Shown: one piece after another, positions 1 through 10,024 of the stretch
Layout of the letters: the number at the start of each line of letters is the position of its first letter
Position numbering within the stretch: position 1 is the stretch's first letter
Source: a virus
Taxonomy: Duplodnaviria > Caudoviricetes
Direction: 5' to 3' (one strand)
IMG/VR virus record: IMGVR_UViG_3300037096_000048
Span: 1 to 57,117 of that record
Length of the DNA: 57,117 nt
Made by a program: the position numbers and the translations under genes
The notes under the pieces: generated by a model
Database searches by the model: none
Told to the model about the DNA's origin: nothing
The model's input: only the letters and a program-made list of their open reading frames with translations

Positions 1-142
1 ACGGCTCTCCTACCACGGACACTAAATCTGGCATCACAGACTATGCTAAGGGCGGCAGGGCGATGGAAAAGGCCGGATTCAAGCGGGGGACTATCCTAGG
101 TAACGAAGAGTATCGCCGCGACACGGCGGAAGGCGGAAATCA
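1..142. repeat. Terminal direct repeat, left copy (circular assembly overlap)
   Basis: 1-142 is identical to 56976-57117 except C16 vs T56991. Confidence 0.95.
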
Positions 143-869
143 TACTATCAATGCCAATAGAAAAGGAGATAACGGAAAAACGGTCACCTATCTTACTCGC
201 AGAGGCGGAGCAGAAGGCGATAAAATGCGCCACACTACGCACGATAGCGTAGAAGATGCCATAGCCGCATCTCATCAGGAATCACCACCTAAAGATAAAA
301 TTAAACCCGAAGCATTTGCCGAAGACGACGAAGACACGATGATGGCCTACGGTGGCCCAGCAGTGCGCGCTACACAGGAGCCGGGTGTACCACAACGCAA
401 GCCCGACGATAAGCGGTGGCCTAAAGAAGACTATATGGGCGAGCAATGGGATGGCGGACCGGACTACGAGCATGCCAGCCTCACTATGGGTCCGGACAAA
501 AAGGAATACGATGCCGAGCAGTGGGTAGCTGAAGGTGGTGAGATTGGATCTGACTCCAATGACTTCATGAACGACGATGAAGACCACGCCAGCTCGATCG
601 CAGACGCCATTATGGCCAAACGCGCAGCACGTAAGGCTGCACTTGACACTGGTGAATCTGACATCCAAGAGAATGCCGACGATAATGATCAGACGCCATA
701 TGTCCGCGCCAATGCCCATGCACTTGAAGACGTATACGATGATAGCCAAATCAGTAAACAACCTCTTGATTCTAAAGGAGATATGGAAGAAGAGAACTCC
801 GAGAATATGCAGGACAATAGCATCGTGAGCAAGATCAGGGCAAAGCTGAAGGCAAAGCGAGGGTTCTAA
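63..869 (+). CDS. 3' part of an acidic pre-portal protein that starts at 56822 and crosses the origin
   Basis: Frame is continuous across the terminal repeat (MPLINSKSKQAFGKNV...YAKGGRAMEKAG); D/E-rich; sits between terL and portal. Confidence 0.8.
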   Translation: MEKAGFKRGTILGNEEYRRDTAEGGNHTINANRKGDNGKTVTYLTRRGGAEGDKMRHTTHDSVEDAIAASHQESPPKDKIKPEAFAEDDEDTMMAYGGPAVRATQEPGVPQRKPDDKRWPKEDYMGEQWDGGPDYEHASLTMGPDKKEYDAEQWVAEGGEIGSDSNDFMNDDEDHASSIADAIMAKRAARKAALDTGESDIQENADDNDQTPYVRANAHALEDVYDDSQISKQPLDSKGDMEEENSENMQDNSIVSKIRAKLKAKRGF

Positions 870-870
870 C

Positions 871-1116
871 ATGACCCCCAAAGAACTTGCTGCCCTAGCT
901 AAAGCCTGTCGCAAGGCTGGTATACTGCACTACAAGCAAGGCGATATTGAGTTTACTTTAGCGCCTACACCACTACCCAAAGTTGTTAAATCAGCTTCAA
1001 AGCAAACTCAATCCATCCAAGGCGAAGTGCAAGTTGAGGGTTGGGACGCACTGTCAGAAGAGGACAAGCTCTATTACAGCGTAGGCGGCATACCTATAGG
1101 ACTTCTGGAGTCTTAA
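871..1116 (+). CDS. Hypothetical protein (head module)
   Basis: 81 aa ORF tightly packed between neighbours. Confidence 0.75.
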   Translation: MTPKELAALAKACRKAGILHYKQGDIEFTLAPTPLPKVVKSASKQTQSIQGEVQVEGWDALSEEDKLYYSVGGIPIGLLES

Positions 1117-3027
1117 GTGAAAGTCACGAACGTAGACCGCCCAAAACACACCAGCTACACCGCTAAGACTACAGAGAATAGTCAACGCAACGGTGCATAT
1201 CAATGGTGGCTGGGTAAGAATGCGACAGAGCGCGGCGCACAGCTCGTTGCTACAGCGGTGTATCTTCAAAAGAATCAGATATTTAGAGAAAGACAGGCAG
1301 CAATATATGCACGTTTGTACGGCAATATGTCCATGTTCAGCTTCATTGGCACCAATATGTCGAAGTTCGACAGTGCCAACAATCTGCCAATGGATCGCCC
1401 CACATTCAACGTCGTACAATCAGCTACAGATACACTTGTATCCAGAATTTCTCAAAGCCGTCCAGCACCTGTCTTCCTCACCGACAATTCAGACTACAAA
1501 GAGCGTAGACTTGCAAAACAACTCAATAATTTTATATTAGGAGAATTCTACCAGACCAAAACCTATGAGAAAGCATCGGTAGTACTTCGAGACGCCCTTG
1601 TAGAAGGTACTGGCTGCCTCAAGGTTTATGAGAATCAAGACAAAGTAGTCGTAGAGCGTAGGCTGCTCACAGAACTGATTGTGGACCACAATGAAGCCGT
1701 CTATGGTGAACCTCGCACACTGTACGAAAAGAAACTCATTGATCGCCGCGTACTTATGGATATGTTCCCGGGCTACAAGAATATCATCAAGGATGCAGAG
1801 ACAGCCACAATCGATAATAGTTCAGACAGCACCCGGTCGGTCGCAGAAATGGTGCTTGTCATTGAAGGTTGGCGTCTCAAGTCGGGCAAGGATGCCAAGG
1901 ATGGCCGCCACACGATAGCCTGCAGCTCTGGCACTATCTTAGACGATGAGTGGGGCAAGGATCGCTTCCCCTACGCCTTCCTGCACTACAGCCCTCGCAT
2001 GCTAGGTTTCTGGGCTCAAGGGCTTGCTGAGCAGCTCATGGGCACTCAGATGGAGATTAACTCCTTGCTGTATACTATAAGCCGTGCAATCCGCCTAGTC
2101 GGTGTACCGCGTGTTTTTGTTGAGATGGGCAGTAAAGTCAATAAAGCTAGTTTTAACAATGAGATAGGAACATTAATTGAATACCAAGGCACGAAACCTG
2201 TCTACGAAGTTGCTCCGTGTGTACCTGAAGAACTCTACGCACAATTGCAAAGGCTCATCGGCTACGCATATCAGCAATGTGGTGTGTCTGCATTGCAGGC
2301 TAGTTCCGAAATACCAAGTGGTCTCGACTCCGGCGAGGCTATACGAACTTACGATGACATTTCTACTGACCGTTTTGCTGCCCTTAGCCGTCGTTACGAT
2401 AATTTATTCATTGATCTGGCTTACTTGGTTACTGATGTCGCCAAAGATGTAGCAGAGCGCACGGGTAGTTATGAAACTGTATACCCCAATAAGAATGGAG
2501 CCAAACAGATAGACTTACCTGACATGGACATGCTGGAAGACCCATTCGTGATCCAGTGCTTCAACATGAGTAGTTTGCCTAGAGACCCAGCCGGGCGCAT
2601 GCAGAAGATCACTGAAATGATCCAAGCGGGTATGGTGACCATCAAGGAAGGCCGCAGACTGCTGGATTATCCAGATCTTGATCAAGTCGAGACCCTAGCC
2701 AATGCCAGCGAAGAGCGCATATTCCAGTACTTAGACGCCATAGTGGAAGAAGGCGACTACAAGATGCCAGATGCTTTCATGGACTTGGACTTAGCCAATG
2801 AGCTGACGGTGCAATATTACAACCTGTATGCAAGTTCCAAGCTTGAAGAAGACCGCTGCCAAATGCTCCGGGACTTCTTTTCGCAGATCCAAGCTATCAA
2901 ACAGGCTTCAGTGCCGCCAATGCCACCAGCAGGCCAGCCAGCGGCCCCACAAGCGAATCCACAGCCTACACCCCAATCTCCGTTAATCCCTAACGGTGCC
3001 CAGCAGCCCGCACCCCCGGCTGCATAA
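1117..3027 (+). CDS. Portal protein
   Basis: 636 aa, downstream of terL and upstream of scaffold/MCP; portal-like segments (PTFNVVQSATDTLVSRI, RFPYAFLHYSPRMLGFWAQGLAEQL, DSGEAIR); Pro/Gln-rich tail. Confidence 0.85.
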   Translation: MKVTNVDRPKHTSYTAKTTENSQRNGAYQWWLGKNATERGAQLVATAVYLQKNQIFRERQAAIYARLYGNMSMFSFIGTNMSKFDSANNLPMDRPTFNVVQSATDTLVSRISQSRPAPVFLTDNSDYKERRLAKQLNNFILGEFYQTKTYEKASVVLRDALVEGTGCLKVYENQDKVVVERRLLTELIVDHNEAVYGEPRTLYEKKLIDRRVLMDMFPGYKNIIKDAETATIDNSSDSTRSVAEMVLVIEGWRLKSGKDAKDGRHTIACSSGTILDDEWGKDRFPYAFLHYSPRMLGFWAQGLAEQLMGTQMEINSLLYTISRAIRLVGVPRVFVEMGSKVNKASFNNEIGTLIEYQGTKPVYEVAPCVPEELYAQLQRLIGYAYQQCGVSALQASSEIPSGLDSGEAIRTYDDISTDRFAALSRRYDNLFIDLAYLVTDVAKDVAERTGSYETVYPNKNGAKQIDLPDMDMLEDPFVIQCFNMSSLPRDPAGRMQKITEMIQAGMVTIKEGRRLLDYPDLDQVETLANASEERIFQYLDAIVEEGDYKMPDAFMDLDLANELTVQYYNLYASSKLEEDRCQMLRDFFSQIQAIKQASVPPMPPAGQPAAPQANPQPTPQSPLIPNGAQQPAPPAA

Positions 3028-3065
3028 AACTAGAAGCTACTGATTACCAACAAGCAAGGAAAAGT

Positions 3066-3278
3066 ATGTGTATTTTTATGACCGAACAAAAAGCAGAAGA
3101 ACAGCGTCACCAAGCCTACCTAAAATTATTGGCTAATATGCAAGTTATCTTCGCTGCCGAAAAGGCATATGAAGAAGCTTGCACAGTGACGCTTTTCATC
3201 CGCAACGCCGATTCGCAACAATGTACTTTAGTCCGCAGGCAAAGACCGAGTACAAAATTAAGGCCGGGTGTAAAATGA
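3066..3278 (+). CDS. Hypothetical protein
   Basis: AAGGA upstream; ATGA overlap with next gene. Confidence 0.6.
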   Translation: MCIFMTEQKAEEQRHQAYLKLLANMQVIFAAEKAYEEACTVTLFIRNADSQQCTLVRRQRPSTKLRPGVK

Positions 3279-3649
3279 GAAATACATTTTGGCTATCCAG
3301 CTACACGGACCTATCTAAGGTCTACATCATACCCAAAGAGAGCCGCTCGCCTGGCTTCACTGTGCGCGAAATACGACCGGAAGACTATGCCGAGCATAAA
3401 CGGCTAACCCAAGAAAAGAACGCTATCCGGTTGTCAGCGAAAAGGGATGCATGGGTACGTACTCGTAACCACCTCGCCGCTCAGCTTCAAGAATGTTTTA
3501 ACAAATACTTCCAAGGCATTGAAACCCCAGTGAATATTTGCGAATGCGGTAGCACTAAAGCAGGCACCGGCGGTCACAGCACTTGGTGCCCGGCCTTTGC
3601 TGCTACTGAATACGAGCGTCTGAAAACTTCGGACAATAACGTAAAATAA
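3275..3649 (+). CDS. Hypothetical protein with C-terminal CxC...HxxxC motif
   Basis: ATG 3275 overlaps previous stop; ICECGS...HSTWCP. Confidence 0.65.
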   Translation: MRNTFWLSSYTDLSKVYIIPKESRSPGFTVREIRPEDYAEHKRLTQEKNAIRLSAKRDAWVRTRNHLAAQLQECFNKYFQGIETPVNICECGSTKAGTGGHSTWCPAFAATEYERLKTSDNNVK

Positions 3650-3664
3650 CAACCAACTAAAAGC

Positions 3665-3693
3665 ATTGTCACATCAACTAAATCCATAAAGGA
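3665..3693 (+). promoter_or_regulatory. Bipartite antisense target (ATTGTCAC...AAATCCAT) abutting the scaffold SD AAAGGA
   Basis: Complementary, in antiparallel order, to GUGACAGU (45020-45027) and AUGGAUUU (44975-44982) of the c4-like RNA. Confidence 0.6.
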
Positions 3694-3700
3694 AACTACC

Positions 3701-4717
3701 ATGGCTTTCACAGTCACGTCATCAGCAGTCGCACCAACAGCAAACTCTTCAGGCTCCAATCATCAGTCCACAGGCAGAGAGCGCGCTATTGCAATGCTCA
3801 CCAAGGGCTCTCCCGCTCAGCTTGCCCTGGTGAGTCAGAATAACGCTTCACCCGAAGATATCTCAGCAATATCACCAACTAAAGCCGCAACACTAGACCA
3901 ATTACGCAGTGCTGAAGACGGACAGGACAATCCGACTCCAGAAGCTACGAAGACCAAAGAAGAGCCGCTGTCATCTCAATATGCCCAGCTCGCCCGCAAG
4001 GAAAAGGCTCTCAGAGCCGAAGCTATCAAGCTTAAAACCGAACGAGAAGCGATCAAGGCAGAACGGGAAGCATCAGCGAAGGCCAATGCCGCTCCGGCGT
4101 TTGATCAATCCAAATACATCGACAAGGACAGGATCACGAAGGACACAATGGCCGTTCTGCAGGAACTTGGTATCGGTTACGACCAGCTCACTCAGATGGC
4201 TCTAAATGGTCCCTCACCAGAATCCCAACAGCAGCAAGCCTACATTGCAAAGTTAGAAGCGAGATTGAACTCGTTAGAAACTAAGCAAGCATCCACTACG
4301 ACAGCCTTCGAGGCCAGTCAACAGCAAGGTTACGATCAAGCCGTCAAGCAGATCAAAGCAGATGCAAGACAGCTGGTGCAATCCGACCCAGACGCCTATG
4401 AGGCGATTCGGGCGGCGGGCACCGTAAATGACGTTGTTGAACTCATTGAACAGACATTCAAAGAGGATGGCATCTTGATGTCAACGGAAGATGCGGCAAA
4501 CGCTGTTGAAGAACACCTAGTGGAAGAAGCGATGAAATACGCGCGTCTGAAAAAGACCCAAGCGCGTATGAGGCCCACAACGGCCACCACGACTCAGCAA
4601 GAGTCAGTCCCCGGCTCCAAGCAGCCACCCAAGACTTTAACGAACGCAGCAGGCGCCCAGCGGCCGATGACAAGTCGCGAACGTGCAATTGCAGCGTTTC
4701 ACAACAAATTGAAATAA
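3701..4717 (+). CDS. Capsid scaffolding protein
   Basis: Coiled-coil, A/E/K/Q-rich, directly before MCP; RERAIA motif at both ends; strong SD. Confidence 0.8.
   Translation: MAFTVTSSAVAPTANSSGSNHQSTGRERAIAMLTKGSPAQLALVSQNNASPEDISAISPTKAATLDQLRSAEDGQDNPTPEATKTKEEPLSSQYAQLARKEKALRAEAIKLKTEREAIKAEREASAKANAAPAFDQSKYIDKDRITKDTMAVLQELGIGYDQLTQMALNGPSPESQQQQAYIAKLEARLNSLETKQASTTTAFEASQQQGYDQAVKQIKADARQLVQSDPDAYEAIRAAGTVNDVVELIEQTFKEDGILMSTEDAANAVEEHLVEEAMKYARLKKTQARMRPTTATTTQQESVPGSKQPPKTLTNAAGAQRPMTSRERAIAAFHNKLK
3894..3915 (+). promoter_or_regulatory. Putative late promoter motif (inside scaffold gene, upstream of MCP)
   Basis: TAGACCAATTACGCAGTGCTGA; first 15 nt identical to the copy at 56498. 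Confidence 0.65.
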
Positions 4718-4731
4718 AAGGATAAAACGAT

Positions 4732-6030
4732 ATGGCAGCGGTATATGCAACTAGTGGTAATCAGATTGCTTCTCTTAAGGAGTTGTATACTGATGACAAA
4801 GATTACATGCAGGATCTAGTCTACAAGGAAAACCCTTTCCTTGCTCTAGTTCCGAAAAATGAGAGTCCAGACGGCTTCGCGGGTAAGTACATCCCGGTTC
4901 CTCTGGAATATGGAGTTCCGCAGGGTCGTTCCCACACGTTCACCAACGCGCAGGGCAACCAGACACCGACGCAGCTTGCAAGTTATTTCGTGTTCGTTAT
5001 TCAGGATTACCAGTTGGTCACTATCACCAACCTCCTGATGGAACAGACGAAAACTGACGCCGGTGCATTCGTCGATGCTGCGAAGCTTCAGATGGATGGC
5101 GGTTTCAGGAACATTACCAACAACATCGCGTTTGAACTCTTCAATAGCGGTACGGCAACGCGTGGCAGTTCTACAGCAACTTCCACCCAAGCCGGTGTAA
5201 CTGTTGGCGGCACGGTCCTTCCCTTGGGCAATCCCCAGGCGATCGTTCAGTTCGAAGTGGGCATGACCATCGTGGCATCTGCTACGGATGGCGGCGCACC
5301 TAGCGCTGACTTTGTCACTCTCACCAGCGTGAACAGGGCAACAGGCGTTGTCAGCGGTACAGCTTCGGCTGCAACGTTGTCGGCTAACTGGGCTATTGGC
5401 ACAGGCATCGCATATCTGACAGTCATGGGCGACCTTCCAGCCGCCGGTGCAACGAGCACTGGTAGCTTCTTGGCACTGTCTGGACTGGCCGCATGGATTC
5501 CAGTCACTTCCCCAGCACCTACGGATAATTTCTGGGGTGTGAATCGTTCGGCTGACCCAACGCGTCTTGCAGGTCTTCGGTACAATGCGCAGGCATTCAC
5601 CATTGAAGAAGGCATGACAAATGCATTGGCATTCGCTAACCGAGAAGGTGCCAAGCCTGACATGATCATCATGGACTTCGCGTCCTATGCATCGCTTGTC
5701 AACGCTCTGGGCGCTAAGGTCTTATATGCTGAAGTGAAGCACGATGAAGTTGAAGTTGCATTCGACGGCATCACGTTTCAGAGCGCGTATGGCAAGGTGA
5801 CCATCTTGGCTGACAGGTCATGTCCTGCTCAGACCGCGTATGTCCTGACCATGAATACGTGGAAGCTTAGGAGCTTGGGCAAGGTACCGCATATCTTAAC
5901 ATATGGTATGGAAGGTTTGGAGGGACTCAGGGTTGGTAACGCGGATGCACTGGAAATCAGGATCGGGTATTATGGCAATCTGATTTGTTCTGCTCCTGGT
6001 TGGAATATGGTGGTCCAGCTCAGCGCGTAA
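4732..6030 (+). CDS. Major capsid protein
   Basis: 432 aa after scaffold; LKELY...QDLVYKENPFLAL N-terminus and GYYGNLICSAPG C-terminus typical of HK97-fold MCPs; strong SD; followed by terminator. Confidence 0.88.
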   Translation: MAAVYATSGNQIASLKELYTDDKDYMQDLVYKENPFLALVPKNESPDGFAGKYIPVPLEYGVPQGRSHTFTNAQGNQTPTQLASYFVFVIQDYQLVTITNLLMEQTKTDAGAFVDAAKLQMDGGFRNITNNIAFELFNSGTATRGSSTATSTQAGVTVGGTVLPLGNPQAIVQFEVGMTIVASATDGGAPSADFVTLTSVNRATGVVSGTASAATLSANWAIGTGIAYLTVMGDLPAAGATSTGSFLALSGLAAWIPVTSPAPTDNFWGVNRSADPTRLAGLRYNAQAFTIEEGMTNALAFANREGAKPDMIIMDFASYASLVNALGAKVLYAEVKHDEVEVAFDGITFQSAYGKVTILADRSCPAQTAYVLTMNTWKLRSLGKVPHILTYGMEGLEGLRVGNADALEIRIGYYGNLICSAPGWNMVVQLSA

Positions 6031-6054
6031 TAGTCAAGTAAAATCGTAAGATTT

Positions 6055-6086
6055 AAAGCCTGGAGCGAAAGCTCTGGGCTTTTTTC
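6055..6086 (+). terminator. Rho-independent terminator after MCP
   Basis: AAAGCCTGGAGC-GAAA-GCTCTGGGCTTT stem with GNRA loop and T tract. Confidence 0.9.
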
Positions 6087-6087
6087 A

Positions 6088-6116
6088 TTTACAACACGTA
6101 CAAATAAGTGCATACT
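6088..6116 (+). promoter_or_regulatory. Sigma70-type promoter, near-leaderless for HNH gene
   Basis: TTTACA-17 nt-CATACT; ATG at 6123. Confidence 0.6.
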
Positions 6117-6122
6117 TTAAGG

Positions 6123-6905
6123 ATGAATACGTGCTCGATAATAGGTTGTAAGAATGCTTATTACTCTAAAGGTTTTTGCAAGAAACACTACGACAAAAAT
6201 CGTAGGCATGGATCGGCTGAATACGAGAGAGTATTAGAGAAAGAGCAAAAATGCACGTCGGCGGGATGTACTAACAATAGGTTTTCGGAAGGTCTATGCG
6301 CTATGCATCGCATGCGGGAACGTCGAAAAGATCCCGCTCAACAGACTAAAGACGTTGCCTACACTAAGGCATGGAAAAAAACTCATCCTGAGCTAGCCGC
6401 CAAGCATCAAGCCTCATACTGTCGTAAAAACGCCAGGCGCCTGAACGTCGCTACTGCCAAATGGAAACGCGATAATTGGGATTATTATAAGGCATACTTG
6501 ATAGCATCCAAAAAGAGGACTAGCAACGCCACGCCGCCTTGGCTTGACAAGCAAAGTCTGATCACTATTTTAAAGGAGGGTCCTAAAGGTCACCACGTTG
6601 ATCACATCATTCCCGTAACCCACAAAGATGTGTGTGGCCTAAACGTGCCTTGGAATTTGCAGTACTTGACCAAAGCTGAGAACCTAGCTAAATCTAATAA
6701 ATTTGACATAAATAAGCCGCTGAAGTATCTTAAACTTATGGAACAGCATTATCAAGCCATAGACAAATCCTTCGCACAATTGGAAACCCAAGGAGACACT
6801 AATGAGCCTAATCCCCCGGTGCAAAACCCTATTCCAGGAATTGGACAGTCTATCCCTACAGGAGAAAGTGCAAGCGATAAATCAGATACGCCAAGCGCTC
6901 CATGA
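6123..6905 (+). CDS. HNH homing endonuclease with N-terminal Cys-rich zinc-finger repeats
   Basis: CSIIGC...FCKKHY and CTSAGC...LCAMH repeats; ATPPW, HVDHIIP, VCGLNVPWNLQYL...NLAKSN. Confidence 0.88.
   Translation: MNTCSIIGCKNAYYSKGFCKKHYDKNRRHGSAEYERVLEKEQKCTSAGCTNNRFSEGLCAMHRMRERRKDPAQQTKDVAYTKAWKKTHPELAAKHQASYCRKNARRLNVATAKWKRDNWDYYKAYLIASKKRTSNATPPWLDKQSLITILKEGPKGHHVDHIIPVTHKDVCGLNVPWNLQYLTKAENLAKSNKFDINKPLKYLKLMEQHYQAIDKSFAQLETQGDTNEPNPPVQNPIPGIGQSIPTGESASDKSDTPSAP
6703..6731 (+). promoter_or_regulatory. Sigma70-type promoter for the ParB/PAPS-reductase operon
   Basis: TTGACA-17 nt-TATCTT at the end of the HNH domain. Confidence 0.65.
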
Positions 6906-7914
6906 ACACTCTCCAATGCGCGACCATCCCATTGACTTAGTGCTCTGGGAGCCTGTCGCCACGGTGAAACGCAATGATTACAATCCTAACTCTGTGGCGC
7001 CTACAGAACTCAAGTTACTAGAAACCTCTATAGCTGAAGACGGCTATACCCAACCCATCGTCACCTGGATCTCCGGTGATCACCGAGAGATAGTTGACGG
7101 TTTCCATCGCAGTAAAATTGCTATGGAGTCTGAAAAGGTCGGTAAGACTCTACACGGTTACATCCCGGTCACCACGGTGAGAGACCGCCAGCTCGATAAG
7201 AGTAACCGCATGGCATCCACAATCCGCCACAACCGTGCGCGCGGCTCTCACAGTGTTGACGCTATGTCTGAGATAGTGCTAGAGCTGAAAGCTAGGAATT
7301 GGAAGACTGCACGCATCTGCAAAGAGCTTGGCATGGAAGAAGACGAAGTGTTGCGCCTATGCCAGATCAGCGGGCTATCCGGACTATTTGGCGACGCTGA
7401 ATTCAGCCTAGCTTGGGAGAGTGACACCGCATCCAATGACTCTGAGTTAGACTTTGCGGCTGACTATTCCGCACTGACCCAGAACACAGGTGACAAGGAC
7501 CGAATCTTCCACACTTTTGACAAATGGGAAGCCGTGGGTGCTGGCTTCTTCGCGCCGGGCTTGAAAGGCCGAAGCAAGGACGAATGCGAGGATGAGTATG
7601 GTGCATTCCTGGCAGACTCTAATGCTTTCGCAGAAGGTATCCAGAAGGTATTTGCGGAATGGCCGAATAGCTGTGAGCATAACCTGACTAACAGCTCCAT
7701 GAATCGCATTGCTTGGATCGGGCAAGCTGCGGCATGTGCGGCACGTGGCTTGCCATCTACGTTCCGGGGTGGTTTTTCCGCGCTGCCTAAAGAGAAGCAG
7801 GACGAAGCTAATCAAGTAGCCTTGCGTTATCTGAATAAATGGCTAAAATCTAAGTCTATACCAGAAGTCACTATGGACAAGGCTTTCAGCGGTCGAGATT
7901 CAGACTTATTCTAG
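6802..7914 (+). CDS. ibrB: IbrB/YbdM-like ParB/Sulfiredoxin-fold protein with ~140 aa extra C-terminal domain
   Basis: NDYNPNSVAP, DGYTQPIV, EIVDGFHR, STIRHNRARG, KELGMEEDEVLRL motifs; SD AAGGAG. Confidence 0.85.
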   Translation: MSLIPRCKTLFQELDSLSLQEKVQAINQIRQALHEHSPMRDHPIDLVLWEPVATVKRNDYNPNSVAPTELKLLETSIAEDGYTQPIVTWISGDHREIVDGFHRSKIAMESEKVGKTLHGYIPVTTVRDRQLDKSNRMASTIRHNRARGSHSVDAMSEIVLELKARNWKTARICKELGMEEDEVLRLCQISGLSGLFGDAEFSLAWESDTASNDSELDFAADYSALTQNTGDKDRIFHTFDKWEAVGAGFFAPGLKGRSKDECEDEYGAFLADSNAFAEGIQKVFAEWPNSCEHNLTNSSMNRIAWIGQAAACAARGLPSTFRGGFSALPKEKQDEANQVALRYLNKWLKSKSIPEVTMDKAFSGRDSDLF

Positions 7915-7922
7915 GAGAAACC

Positions 7923-9164
7923 ATGATCAGACGCCTCAATATAGACGTGCTGCAAGCCTCTAGGGACCGAATCAACGTCATCCTAGACACTATCCCTCAT
8001 CCCTACGTGTCGCTGTCTGGTGGGAAGGATAGCACGGTTTTACTGCATTTGGTTATGGACGAGGCTATCAAGCGCGGTCGAAAGATAGGCGTCTTTATCG
8101 TAGACTTGGAAGCGCAGTACAAAGACACTATTGTCAATTTAGAGCAACTAGTTGAAATGTATAAAGATCACATTGACTTGCATTGGGTATGTCCCGAGAT
8201 GACGCTCAGGAACGCTACATCGGTGTACGAACCTAAATGGACATGCTGGGAACCTAGCCAGGAAACAGTGTGGGTTAGGAACAAACCAAAGTTAGCCGCC
8301 GATATGAGCCAATATGACTTCTACGTACCGGGTATGGAGTTTGAAGAGTTTGTGCCTTTATTTGGCGAATGGTATGGTGGTAATGAACTCTCATGTGCCT
8401 TTGTGGGTATTCGGGCAGACGAATCTCTGAACCGATACAAGACAGTCGCGGTGTTCAAGAAGACTGAAACTATCAACGGCACGTCTTGGACCACGAAGAT
8501 GAGTGCCGCCTGTTATAACGCCTATCCTATTTATGATTGGAAGGCCTCGGACATCTGGAAGTATCATTATGTTCATCCTCATAAGCCACACAACCACATT
8601 TACGATAAGATGCAGATGGCTGGTGTGCCTATGAAGGACCAACGCCTTTGCCAGCCCTACGGTGACACCCAGCGGCGGGGTTTGTGGTTATACAGCGTAC
8701 TAGAAGCTGATACGTGGGCTAAGCTGATTAATCGGGTAATCGGCGCTAATTCGTATGCTCTTTACGCTCAGGAAAAAGGTAATGTGAATGGCGAGGGCAA
8801 GATAACGAAGCCTGCAGGCTTGACTTGGGAACAATACTCCAAAGTATTACTTAAAAGCCTGCCTCGTAAGTCAGCAGAACATTACGCTGAACGCATTAGG
8901 CGGTTCTTCGGAGGCTGGAGTAAACGCGGCTATGCAGTAGTACCCGACGAAGTGAATCAAGACGTAGAGAACCTGCATTTTGCCCCTTCTTGGCGGCGCG
9001 TGGCTAAGACTCTGCTCCGGAACGACTATTGGTGCAAAGGTCTAGGGTTTAGCCAGCCAAAATCGGATGCTTACGGCAAGTACTTAGAACTAAAAGGTAA
9101 AGTTCGCACAAAAGCCAAACCCAAGAAGTGGGGCGACGCTAAAGGAAAAGAGGATCACAAATGA
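7923..9164 (+). CDS. ibrA: IbrA/YbdN-like PAPS-reductase family protein (DUF3440)
   Basis: PP-loop SGGKDS, DLEAQY, GIRADESLNR, YPIYDW, QRLCQPYG, PSWRR...NDYWC. Confidence 0.88.
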   Translation: MIRRLNIDVLQASRDRINVILDTIPHPYVSLSGGKDSTVLLHLVMDEAIKRGRKIGVFIVDLEAQYKDTIVNLEQLVEMYKDHIDLHWVCPEMTLRNATSVYEPKWTCWEPSQETVWVRNKPKLAADMSQYDFYVPGMEFEEFVPLFGEWYGGNELSCAFVGIRADESLNRYKTVAVFKKTETINGTSWTTKMSAACYNAYPIYDWKASDIWKYHYVHPHKPHNHIYDKMQMAGVPMKDQRLCQPYGDTQRRGLWLYSVLEADTWAKLINRVIGANSYALYAQEKGNVNGEGKITKPAGLTWEQYSKVLLKSLPRKSAEHYAERIRRFFGGWSKRGYAVVPDEVNQDVENLHFAPSWRRVAKTLLRNDYWCKGLGFSQPKSDAYGKYLELKGKVRTKAKPKKWGDAKGKEDHK

Positions 9165-9889
9165 CCATCGCACAATCCCCCTACCGCCGTATCTACGCCA
9201 TACCTGACATCCACGGTACCTCGACACTATTGCGCAAAGCCATAAAACTGATACGTGCCCATGGATATGACAAACAGACTGATATGATCATTTTCCTTGG
9301 CGACTACATTGACCGTGGTCCCGATACCCCCGGTGTAATCGACATCGTGCGTAATATGGTGGATAAGGGCTTTGCTAAGGCTATTAGAGGCAATCATGAT
9401 GACTTTGCGGTCAATGTGTACGTTAAATACAGTTTGACCGCTGCGCTCGACTGGGAGGCCAATAACAGGTGGATCACCGACGAACAGTACCCCAACAAAC
9501 GAATGTCTGAGGACCACGTCAGATTCCTGGGCTCATTACCTTATGCGATAGAAATGCAAGGCTTTTTCTTCAGTCACGCACCGGTGTTGAGAGAGAAACA
9601 CCGTAAACCAGGGCCATACCACGTGGATGAGCTGACGTGGACGAAGTTCGGCCCTGAGTGCGAGAAGCCTGGCGGCATGATGGACAAGCATGAAGGTCCA
9701 AAGAGTGATTGTGGCGTCGGTGAGACCCATCTCATAGGCATTTGTGGTCATATCCACCAGAGTAGGGACTTTGTGCGCAGGTTTCCTATGTACCGCATGC
9801 TAGACGCGGGTTGCGGGTGCTCATGGGGCAAGCTTGCAGTACATGAGTGCATTGAAAACATTACGTTTTACGCTGAACACGATAAATAA
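9161..9889 (+). CDS. Ser/Thr phosphatase-like metallophosphoesterase
   Basis: DIHG, GDYIDRG, RGNHD, CGH motifs (lambda NinI-like). Confidence 0.88.
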   Translation: MTIAQSPYRRIYAIPDIHGTSTLLRKAIKLIRAHGYDKQTDMIIFLGDYIDRGPDTPGVIDIVRNMVDKGFAKAIRGNHDDFAVNVYVKYSLTAALDWEANNRWITDEQYPNKRMSEDHVRFLGSLPYAIEMQGFFFSHAPVLREKHRKPGPYHVDELTWTKFGPECEKPGGMMDKHEGPKSDCGVGETHLIGICGHIHQSRDFVRRFPMYRMLDAGCGCSWGKLAVHECIENITFYAEHDK

Positions 9890-9901
9890 AAATAATCGTT
9901 T

Positions 9902-9938
9902 TTGACACAGTTGTGCTAATTTCCAACCGGTGTATTCT
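9902..9938 (+). promoter_or_regulatory. Promoter/operator with 14-bp element TTGACACAGTTGTG
   Basis: Same 14-mer at 51494; TTGTGC-16 nt-TATTCT. Confidence 0.5.
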
Positions 9939-10024
9939 TTAATTGTAGGCAGCTGGAAACACGGAAACCCTTTAAGACGGGATAACAGCATGTAACCAGC
10001 TGCCACTAACAAAGAAGGACGTAT

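Noticed and set aside
6802-7914. ParB as a plasmid-prophage partition system
   Set aside because: Sequence is IbrB/YbdM-type and paired with a PAPS-reductase; no ParA or parS array seen
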